From Selaginella moellendorffii (lineage: Eukaryota > Plantae > Lycopodiophyta), in assembly GCF_000143415.4 (NCBI RefSeq), contig NW_003314328.1, forward strand, positions 124,001 to 188,000: a stretch of 64,000 nt of DNA, written 5' to 3'. Positions 24,978-35,225 of this stretch are shown one piece after another. The first letter of the stretch is position 1. Every line of letters starts with the position of its first letter. Position numbers and translations under genes: made by a program. A model generated the notes under the pieces. The model was not told the DNA's origin, searched no databases, and saw only the letters and a program-made list of their open reading frames with translations.

Positions 24978-26271
24978 ATGTGGCAAATGCTGCGTGAAGA
25001 AAGATGCCCTTTCTGGGCAAATGCTGTAAGAGGCAGATGCCGAGCAGATGTATCTCAGGCTAGCGAAGGGGACAAACGAAAGCTAGCTATAAACATGACG
25101 GGATGCAAATAGATTACTAGGCTGGTCCCGCAAAAATCAAAAACCATAATTGAAAACATTGAAAATGCAAAAAGAAAGGTTTATAATATTTTTGAATTTT
25201 AAGCAACCAAAGGAATGTAAGTAGGGCATGTGTTTGTAAGTTTAAAAATGCCTCAACCACTTAAATTCCCAAGTAAATAAAGCTGTTTCTATTTTTGGTA
25301 CAGGTAAACTTTATAGCGTGTGGGCTCATGCAATTTTGAACCCAAAAATGCACCAAAAATTGCTCGACTAGCATTATTCTTTGAATGGCGTGTGGCCTTA
25401 TATTGCCATAAATGGACGTACACACAGAGCATAATTATTCCTTTACACGGCGAATAATCTTGGCGCGGATCGCTGACATGGCATGGCAAAGTTCAAATCA
25501 CTGACATGGCACAGCTGGATCGAGGCAAGGACATGATGTGACAAAGTTCAACCTCCGACAGCAAAGTTTAGAAGCTACTCAGTTTGAAATTTGTCAGAGG
25601 AGTCATAAGATCTGGTTTGTCAGAGGATTTGATGTGACATTCAAGCGTGTGTTATTTTTGAATTCTCGAACTCATTCCTAGGTCTATCATTTTTGTGCGC
25701 CATGTTCTTGGTTCCGCTGAGCGCAGTGAGCGCTGCTTGTGTAAGCGGCGTTGTGGGCTGTGGTTTATGCGTCTACGAGCGGTTGCGGCATTGCGAGCGC
25801 CATTGCGGGCGGCAGTTTATGCGAGTGGTAGTTTGTGCGAGCGGCGCTACGAGCAGTTGCGGTGTTGCGAGCGGCGCTACGAGTAGTTGCGGTGTTGCGA
25901 GCGGCACTGTCTTTTGTGTGGCTACCGCTTCCTCTTGATATTCGGCACTTGTGCTTCCTGGTATGTTCACCATGGAATGGCTTAGGACCACATTTAGAAA
26001 TGGCATGAGGCCACATGCCATTTTGGGCCCTTGCAATTTCATGGCTAGCGTATTGTCATGTATGTTTTTACTTGCCTGCAGCTGTGTGTATATCAAGATG
26101 GCATGAGGCTTCATGCCAATTTTGTGAATGCAAAATTTCACGTGGGTGTCAATAGCATGTTTGAATAATGGCATGTGGCCTCATGCTATTGAGGTTGTTT
26201 GGTATGTTATGATTTAGGCCATTCTCCAATCATTTTTTGTATGGTCTTAACTTCTTTTCTGCACTTTCAGA

Positions 26272-29203
26272 ATGGCCTTCAGGGTTGGGGAAAAGGTTTA
26301 CATTTTGAATGGTGGGAAGAGAGTTGCAAAAGGGACCCTTGTGTCTATGGATCGGAACTTTGTTATACACTGTTAAAGGCTTGGGGAAGGCAATGCTGCT
26401 GTATCAGTAGAGACTGTCTTCGATGGGAATGTGGTCGCTATTGAACGAGGAGAGATGGTCGTCGGGGTAAATGTTGTTGTTGCCTTGAAAAATCTTCAGA
26501 AGAAAGCAGATGTTGGGGACAGCGCAAGTGCGACGCATGTTCCCTCCGTGGATCTTAAGAACCGTGCTACATGGATTCAGGCGAAGGTGTTTCTAAACAA
26601 CCCCGAGGGGGAGGTGGTAGCTGAGGGCTTAGCCACAGTTGTCGATCCAAGAGATGCGGTTGCTAATCAAGAATTGAGCAATGAACCGAAAAGGCAGAAA
26701 ATGGCGATGGAGGTTCGAATGGTCTCGACAGTTGCTTGTTGCAAGAGGAGGTGCTGTCAACATGCTGATTGGGATGCTATTGAAGAGGAGAGAGCAAGAT
26801 ACAAGACATTGTCCTGGAAGGCAGCTCTCAATTTTGTGTATGAGGCATTACGGTCATCTGTTGATGCTTTAGAACATCAGGTGGGGGGCATGGTCTTCCA
26901 GAGGGGTTTGGTCTGCATGAAGGCATGGAGAATCATTTATGGAGTCCCTCGAACCACATTCTACAGAATCAAAACTGAGTTCGAGGAACAAAAGGTTCAA
27001 CAGGCAGTCCATGGGAACGACAGTACGCACAAAACCAGGGGTCATGTTGTATATGGAGAGGCAATCTTCAAGAGGTTTGTCGAGACATGTAGCGAGCAGC
27101 AACCACATAAAACCCGCCTCTTGGAAGATGGAACACGAGACACCCAACAAGTTCTCCCTTCCATGTATACCAAGGGGGCCATATTGGAAGATGTGAATCG
27201 GGAACTCTAGAGTAATGGCTACAAGAAGCTGAGCCAATCTAGATTTAGTAGATTGTGGAGCAACAGGTTCAGGGATGTGAGTATAGGAAAGTACTCCAGC
27301 TTTTCAAAGTGTGACGAATGCACTGCTATCAAAATGGCTTTGTCGAAGAATTCTTGCAGCGCTCAAGAGCGAGAGACGTTGGTTAGAAGGCGGCTCGACC
27401 ACAATATCGAGCAGAGAAGCTGCAGGACTGCATATTATCATAACAGGATTCTCTCCATGGAGAGACCTGACTCTTACCTCTACATCATCCACGACAAAAT
27501 GGACCAGAAAAAGACGTGCTTACCTCGACTCAATCCTGCCCCCAAGGCAATCTCTTCATCCATGCAGCTGCCTGTGTCTCTGTTTGGCATAATCGCTCAT
27601 GGGCATAGTGCCCAGAACTATGGGAACTTCTTTGTACCTCTATGGGGTGGCGGGGGTGCAAACATGATGATTGCGTCCCTAGCAAAACACTTAAGGTCTC
27701 TGCAAAGTGCGCAGACTGAGCTGAACGGCCAACCCTTGCATAAGGCCCTTGTCGATCGAACCCCATACAGGGTTCAGCTGGAGGAGGAGCAAAGGCTTGC
27801 AGTATCGCGTGGGGCCCCATGCCATCCCAGTGAATATGTTGGCCGTCAGATTGTAGGGTTATCACGTGAGGCCTCATGCCATTCCGACAAAGCTGGTCGC
27901 TCGGTGAATGCACAGCCTCATCCAAACGAAGCAGAATCTCAAGGAAGTTCTTGCGGCCGATGTGGCCTTCCACCCCATCTTCTGCTCCAAACAGACAATG
28001 CTGGCAGTGAGAACAAAAACATGTACGTCTTCGCGTACTTGGCGATGCTTGTTGCCAAAGGCATATTTGAAACGGTTACACTTGGCTTTCTCATGGTTGG
28101 GCACACTCATGAAGACGTCGATGCCATGTTTAGTCACCTGGCAGAGTCCCTCCGGCGATCCAATGTCCTCACCCTCCCACAACTCTACGATGAATTCCAA
28201 AATTGCATCAAAGGCACTATTGAAGCTGCACTTCTGACAGAGGTTCCAGACTTTAAGGGGTTTGTAAGAGGCTACATCAGGGACGGATTCGAAACGCTGA
28301 TTGGCCACTCCAAGCCTCTTCAGTTTCATTTCAGCATGTGTGACGGTGCTCCAGTGATGAGGTACAAGATGAGAGAATGGGACACAGTGTGGCTGCCAGT
28401 GGACGGCATTGAACTCTTCAAGAGAGATCCCATAACTGGGGAACCTATGATTCCTCAGGGTTCCCCACGGCCGATGCACCCGGATGGACTCAAAGACCAG
28501 GAAAGTATAGTGGGCGGGATTAGACAGCATATTGCCTTCTGGAAGAGGGGGTTGGTGTTTGGTGGAGAATCCTATTTTCAGAGGTGCAAGCCTTTGCTCG
28601 AATACTGGGAGAAGATTATATCTGCTATCCAAAATGGGCCGGTTGTATATGAAGAATTGGAAGAGTCCTTTTGGCTAGAACCCAGAGCACCAGATAGTAG
28701 CGGAACAATGTCCTCTGGAAATGCAGTGACAGATAACGATGTTGAGGATCACTATTATGGGCCGAGGAACAAGAAGCCGGATTCAGCATTCAATCCAGTA
28801 CAGGTCTGCAAAGGAATGGTCGTGCTTGTCAGACCCAGTAATAAAAAACAAATGATATGGGTGGGGCGCTGCATCACTGATGGAGAGGAGGACGCGGAAA
28901 CTAACTCTTTCAATGTAACTGTGGAGTGGTTCAAGCCAAGTTCCGGATATACGAAGGATTGCCTAGAAAAGAGATGGGTGCTGAATCCAAGGGATCCCAG
29001 CATGAGCATATCGGTGGATAATGTTGTGCATGGTTGGATGCGGAAGCAGAGTGCCACCATCACCTTGCCAGACCATGCAAGAGATGCAGCAAGAGCATTC
29101 ATAACCCGGGTTCAAGGTGAGATTCATTAATATTCCTTTACTAAGTTTCTAATGTATTTTATTTCAAGGTGAACAATCCGAATCTGAATCAGAGGAGGCC
29201 TGA
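26272..29203 (+). pseudogene. Sola1-like DDD transposase, copy 1 (in-frame stops at 26374-26376 and 27208-27210; terminal intron 29117-29168)
   Basis: FSKCDEC, IIHDKMDQKKTCLP, LLLQTDNAGSENKN and FLMVGHTHEDVDAMFS match the Sola1-type catalytic motif order. ATG 26272, ORF 26431-27210 and ORF 27253-29130 share one frame. Last exon GEQSESESEEA*. Confidence 0.82.
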
Positions 29204-29418
29204 TATAGTGTGTGAGGTAAAACAAAGATGATGTGACATATGCATTTACCAATCACACGTGCATAAATCTAATAATATGGCGTGTGGCCCATATTAATGG
29301 CACATAAACCCATATTGTGGGCTTACGTGCTTTATGTACCATCATTCCCTTGCAGCGTGTGTGTTGGTTTCCTTTTATAACACAACGAACTCCATATTTT
29401 AGGGTGAAGAGCGTTCTC

Positions 29419-29676
29419 ATGGCAAGCACAAAATCTGTAAGTGAGGCAGAAAAGGAGACGGAGAAGGAGATAGGTGAAGATGTAGAATATATAAGTCTTC
29501 CAAACTCTTCGTAGTATACTTCAGGTGATCATTTTTCTGAACAAACGGCAACATTAACAACTATCGAGAACGCCCCAGTAACGTCAGAGACAACAATCCA
29601 AAGCAAAACAACTGACCCGGAGAAGGATGATAGTACCGCTGAGAGTACCAAAAAGGAGGTGTCCACTAGCACTTAG
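29419..29676 (+). pseudogene. Small acidic Thr/Ser/Glu-rich ORF (85 codons) near the right end; TAG at 29512-29514
   Basis: Colinear with the open 85-aa ORF in copy 2 (45441-45698). Confidence 0.4.
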
Positions 29677-30315
29677 GCTTATAATGGCGTGTGCCCTCAT
29701 GCCATTTACTTGATCACCAAATACCTTTTTCCCTTTGCACTAGTATATCTTAATACCGGTCTGAGAAATAGAATGGCATGTGCCCTCAGGCCTTTTACTA
29801 AATCACCTTTGAAAGAAATGCAAGCCTCTATGTCGTAAAAAAAAGGTACTAGAGAAATTCCTTAATAATATGAATGTTATTTAGTTTCATGAAAATACAC
29901 TAAGGGTGGTCAAATGAGTTAAATGACTTCTCCAGACTAGCAATGCCTCTTGCTACACCTTCACAATTAGATTCGTTAGAAAAAGATAACATTGAATAAT
30001 ATCTAAATGTTCTCACCATTAAGTGATATGTCTGGCTAATAGGAATGATGTTCATCTTGGAAAGCTCACCACACGCTCAATGAACAAACAAATAGTGTGT
30101 GCGCGCATGCCATCGCTCTTCTTTAGCTTCAGATTTGGCTTGTTCACCTTGACAATGAGATTTATTATACAACCAGATGGACTCAGTCTGGACATAAAGT
30201 CACCGCGCTAGTCACCATGCCCCAGATATGTATAGCCCCTGGACAAAAAACATATAATTTCACGTCATTTTCAAATACTTGAAAATTTGTACCTAGTCCC
30301 ATTTTACTGAATAAA

Positions 30316-30339
30316 TCCCACTTTAACGAAATAGAGCAT
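30316..30339 (-). repeat. Right TIR, copy 1
   Basis: tcccactttaacgaaatagagcat. Confidence 0.93.
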
Positions 30340-31450
30340 TTAGAATATTCCCCATCTTCCTTGTATAACCTTGCCCCACAAGGGCAAGGGGGGGGGGCAT
30401 TTTGCGAAGAACATTGAAGCATTTCTCATGTTTGAGTGAGCGTTCAGGGAAGAGCCCCTCCTTCCCCCAACAAATGGTGAACCCGGAATGACGTTTAACA
30501 CTTTCTGAAGCATCATTTCTCTCTATTCTTTTGGCCATAGAATTCGTCTTGCAGTGGTTTTCTTTGATCTTGGGCGTGTTGGATAGTTCTGGAACTCCTC
30601 TTTCCAGCAAAGTATGGCGCTCATCAAGCCGTTCAGTATTTAAAGAGATACAACGTTTCTTGGCTTAGTTGGATGAGCATTTTAGGGTTTTCACTTTCTC
30701 GCCTGGATCTTTAGCCAAATTTCTCAAGGTAGTGCATTTGGGCTTGTAGATCTGGCCTAGATCTATGAGTAGTGGTGGTTCTTGGCACTAAATTTTTGTA
30801 GCAGGAATTCATGCTCCTTCAGGCTTTGTTTTGGATGCTGTTTGTTTCTAGAAGTGCTCCTGGTCCTAGGTTTTCCAAAAATACCAACGGCGCCTTAGTA
30901 TCGATCTACATCACGGACATGCACATGTTTTTCCACAATGTTGGCATTTTTGGCTACCTCTTCATGAATTTTGGGGAATATTGAGGCAACTTCTTCCCAA
31001 ATTCTTGTGATAAAAGGTAGACGGGGCTGAGCTCTTTCCAATGAGCCCACCAACAGTCAAAATGGGGAAGGATTGAGACCGAAGGACTCATTTTTCTATT
31101 TTGGGTTAAACTTTGTTGGGGGTTCTTTGGGAACGAAGCAATCTTCAAGGAATAGGTAGCTGTAGGAACAGGAACAGTAGGAGCAGGAACAAGAGTTGGC
31201 GTAGGAACAGGGACAATAGGAACGGGTACAGGGATAGGAGTTGGTGTTAGAGCAGGTGCAGGAGTAGGAGTGAGAGTAGGGGAGTTACCAGTTACAGGTT
31301 ACAGGTCCTCGGTTACTGGTTACTGGCTACTCCAATGGCTATTTCAGCGGTTACCCTACAGGTCAATGGTTACGTGTGCTTGAGGCCTACATCTACTTCC
31401 CTTTCAGCCCTTATTTCTCTTCGTCATAAGCATTTTCACGGTTTGAACCC
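30340..31450 (+). repeat. Inner part of a Tat-family LTR or leader; its first 58 bp lie at 57800-57857
   Basis: Reverse complement matches 12130-12390 and 12950-13080. It continues exactly into 57800-57857 across the CTAA TSD. Confidence 0.7.
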
Positions 31451-32874
31451 ACTCTGAAATATTTCACACTCCCCCTACTCTTATAGTGTGGGGCAGCTGA
31501 TCCAAAGCTGCAGTGTACCTCCACAATCCCGTGTTCTTTTTGGGTGCCAAAAAACCTGCGGGACGTGTGGTACCTCCCCAACAATTCATGAACTTCTCGA
31601 GTAGTCTCAATTTCCATCTATTGAATGTTTGCACCTTGGAATTTTTACTCTTTTGACTTTTGGAAGTCAATTTCCTAGGTGTCTCCAACACCTTGCATTG
31701 CACAGATTGTGCAACTCCACTTCCCTATCCTAGGAAGTTCATTACTTAAGGGCACCATCATCCTCTCTTCTATTTCGTGCCACCTTGGGCACTAAGTTCC
31801 ATTTATCACACTTTGTGCTAGGGTTGTCCATCGCCCTATCATTTGGCTACCTTACCGCTCCCTCCCTTGGAGCTTCCACTTTCGCCAAATCGGAGAAATT
31901 CGGAATCCATCCTTGGAAACACACTTCCTTTCCCGCAATTTGTTAGCGTCCAACACATTAGTGTTCCTCGCCTAACTTTGTCACTTGGATTCCTTCCAAG
32001 GGATTCCACGGCCCTATCTTGGCCACTCATCTTTTGCTCCTATCCGTTGATTTTTGCACCAGGCAACATCGAATCTCTACCTCCCTCCTTGAGGTATTCT
32101 TTTGATTCCATAGCAAAGGCTCTGCTTTGCCAAGACTAGGGTGTTCACCCCCAGTAAGTCTCTTTTAGCATCTTCTGTTGTGGGCTCTATCCTCGGCCCA
32201 CCTTTGTGACCCTCTCATGGGTCTCTTTAGAGACTACTTTCCTTGGACACACTATGCCATCGCAATGACATAGCTCATTTCCCTAAGGTGCTTTTCCCAC
32301 TTGGTCACCTTGACCAAGCCACACCATCCTCAATAGTTCAAATCAACACTTTGAACTAGGAACCTTATTCCTTAACCCAAACAAGGACCTTGTCCTTATT
32401 TAGCCACAAGATCACCTAGTGATCCCACCTCGGCACTTTAACAGGTTTGCCAATAGGTACTAGGTCTTTCAGACCTTTAACTTGTTAACTACGACCCCGG
32501 GGGCATCCCCCACACTTGGCGGTGCGCCCAAGCCAGCCCTTCCGGCCAAGGGTCCATAGCAACTGAGATTAGGTGTCCCCATCTCACTCACCACGTCCTT
32601 GGTGCCACTTGCACCAAAGTGTTCAAGTTAGATATGCCGAGCTTTCACGCTAAGCAATCTAACCATGCATCACGACTCCGAGGCATCCCTCGCTTGGCGG
32701 TGTGCCGAAACCAGTCTCCCCACTGAGAGTCCATGACCACCGAAATATGAGTGTCCTCATATTCCAAACCATCACCACGCCCTAGTGATTTGGGACTCGA
32801 ACCCAAGCACTAGAGGGTCGGGACTCGAACCCAACCTCCGTATATGCATCTACGGACGGCATCACCCAGGATGC

Positions 32875-33030
32875 TTTCGCGCGTTTTGGGCCCCAAAACG
32901 CGCCCCGCGAAATGCGGGGTACCTCCCCAACTTTTCGTGAAAATCGCGCGTTTTGGGCCCCAAAAAAAGCCCGCGGAACACGTGGTACCTTTCCAACTTT
33001 TCGCGAAAAATCGCGCGTTTTGGGCCCCAG
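32875..33030. repeat. Three ~65-bp units with palindromic CGCGTTTTGGGCCCCAAAA and TTTTCGYGAAAA
   Basis: Visible directly. Flanking sequence 32530-32860 is homologous to 60720-60930. Confidence 0.75.
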
Positions 33031-34175
33031 ACATTCCGGGCCACTTTTTTTTCCCCTCCCCCCGCCTTTAGTGCCACGTGGCAGGCGGGCAGGGCCTTCC
33101 CCCCCTCCCTCACACGCACGCAGGCTGAGGCTTCTCCGCACGGTTTGGGCCCGGGAGAGTCCTCCCCCCTTCCTCCTGTAAGCGACTAAATTTTCCATTT
33201 TACTTTAGTCACTTAACCACACCTCCGACCACTTGGAGGAGTCTCATTCACAACCTCCATCATTCCAACTCAGGACTTGGGGCTTGCTAGCCCCAAGAAT
33301 GGCATCCATGCCACTCAACCTTAGCACTTGGTCCAAGTGCTCCACGTGTCCGATCCCATGATCGACACCCCAAGGTACCACCGACGTATTGGCCCGTTAC
33401 GCTAAGGCCATGCCCATTTACCTTGGTCACACTGGTGGTCTAACACCACCTGCATTCCAATCCCGTCTCTCAAAGACTGGGTCATCCGTCCATGAGTGAT
33501 CATCCCAGATCCACTCCTTAACATCCTTAGGATGCCTACAGACATGGGGAATAGCCTTCCCCAATATCTCTGTTCCAGTCCCCACCAAGTCCCTTTCTGC
33601 CCCTGGCCGTGTTTGCCAACACTGCCACTGGATCAAGACCCACAGGCCCGACCACTAAGTCCCACGGTCCTCTGGGACTTCCTCACCACACGACTGTGTC
33701 CTTGGTCACTACCCCAGAGGACTGCTCCTCTTCCTTTCCACAGTCTGGGCCTTTGGGACAACATTTCGGAGCACCGTGGCCTTACGCGAGCCACCTGGGT
33801 ACTCTCCTCGCCTTCTGCCCTTGGGTGCTCTAGCCATGGGCTTAGAGCGGGTTCCGTTGAGCCACACCAGGTATCCAAGTAGGTAGTGCCACCCACACTT
33901 GGACTGGGAGCATCGGCCAGTCGATCTCCCGGGGGAACTAGAGCCGGCTCTTGAACACTTCACCAAGCTACCCCGCTTGTCGATCTGTGTTCACTCTAGT
34001 CTTGGACTTCCCAGTGGGCAGCTCATCACCCAACACTGGGTCCAGCCTTCCTAGGCCAAACTGGCCTTTCCTGGCCAAACTCGCTCCACTGCAGTCCTCC
34101 CCCTACTATACTTTTGGAGCTCACCAAACCCCCCAGGGTCTGGGAGACGAACGCTTTGGGCTTTCACCCTCTCAG

Positions 34176-34319
34176 ACTCGAACTCGGACTCGGACTCGGA
34201 CTCGGACTCGGACTCGGACTCGGACTCGGACTCGGACTCGGACTCGGACTCGGACTCGAACTCGGGCTCGGGCTCGGTCTCGACCTCGGCCTCGGTCTCG
34301 TTCTCGGTCCCGATCTCGA

Positions 34320-34372
<53 letters not shown>

Positions 34373-34625
34373 ACTTTGGACTCCATCTCGGACTCCATCT
34401 CGGACTCCATCTCAGGTCCATCTCGGACTCCATCTCGGGTCCATCTCAGACTCCATTTCGGGTCCACTTCGGACTCCATCTCGGGTCCATCTCGAACTCC
34501 ATCTCGGACTCCATTTCGGGTCCATCTCGGGTCCACCTCGGACTCCATCTCGGACTCCATCTCGGACTCCATTTCGGGTCCATCTCGGGTCCACCTCAGA
34601 CTCCATCTCGGACTCCATCTCGGAC
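34176..34625 (+). repeat. Compound micro/minisatellite: (CTCGGA)n, (CTCGGT)n, then 12-bp CTCCATCTCGGA / GTCCATCTCGG units
   Basis: Visible directly; related arrays at 35170-35225 and 61090-61370. Confidence 0.92.
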
Positions 34626-34709
34626 TAAACAAATAAAAGGAGAGAACCACTATATGTGGTCTAATCAGTCTCTAAGTTGGAGAGACTACCCTCCTTAGAG
34701 GATAGGCCA

Positions 34710-34840
34710 GGCATGGTGAGCCTTTGGTGTCAAACCATTGAGGAATATGCAAAAGGCATGGTGAGCCTTCAATGTCCAACCATTGACGAATATGGGGAAG
34801 GCATGGTGAGCCTTCAATGTCAAACCATTGACAAATATTG
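34710..34840 (+). repeat. Three tandem ~45-bp units beginning GGCATGGTGAGCCTT
   Basis: ggcatggtgagcctt...gtc.aaccattga at ~34710, 34755 and 34800. Confidence 0.85.
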
Positions 34841-35225
34841 GCTACGCGCCAAGGATGGAAATGGTAACACATGTGGGTGTTACTTTATAAAATGGTTCAC
34901 CGTTCGATGAGGACATCGAACTTCGTCTATGGGTGGTGGAATTGTGAGACACAAAATCCCTAGGCCCCAAAGTGGAGCCGGAAAGGGTGCCACGTGGTAG
35001 TGGCTGAAGCGAGAGCCAAACGAGCGTAACACGTTTGGACCAAAAGCTCCGACTTGAAAAGTCAAGAGCGGGAGTGGAACTCCCAACGAAGTGCTCAAGG
35101 AACGAGCACGAAGCGAGCAAAAAGCGAGGCTCCAAAAAGGGACCCAAAAGGACCAACACATGACACGTGGAAGTGTCCGAGATGGACTCGAGTTGGAGTC
35201 CGAAGTGGAGTCCGAGATGGACCGT

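Larger units (their letters stand above)
17343..30339 (+). mobile_element. Large (12,997 bp) Sola1-like DNA transposon, copy 1
   Basis: TIRs AAGCTCTATTTCGTTAAAGTGGGA and TCCCACTTTAACGAAATAGAGCAT. Flanks are AGGA (17339-17342) and TTAG (30340-30343). Encodes a DDD transposase. Colinear inverted copy at 44781-57799. Confidence 0.9.

Noticed and set aside
27874-28632. Antisense ORFs of 100-250 aa conserved in both transposon copies (also 21395-22003, 46477-47235)
   Set aside because: They are shadows of the sense genes; conservation only reflects the near identity of the copies.
17729-30113. Recurrent palindromes as a CRISPR array or MITE family
   Set aside because: Spacing is irregular (tens of bp to over 1 kb), there are no cas genes, the context is eukaryotic, and individual copies have no TSDs.
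17343-30339. CACTA, hAT, Mutator or Helitron classification, or an 8-bp TSD (ttctaaat/ttctaagt)
   Set aside because: Termini are not CACTA or TC...CTRR. Only a 4-bp TSD fits both junction pairs exactly, and the catalytic motifs are Sola1-like.
33951-34698. Long RT/RS-, LG- and ES-repeat ORFs resembling SR proteins
   Set aside because: All frames are open only because of stop-free hexamer repeats.
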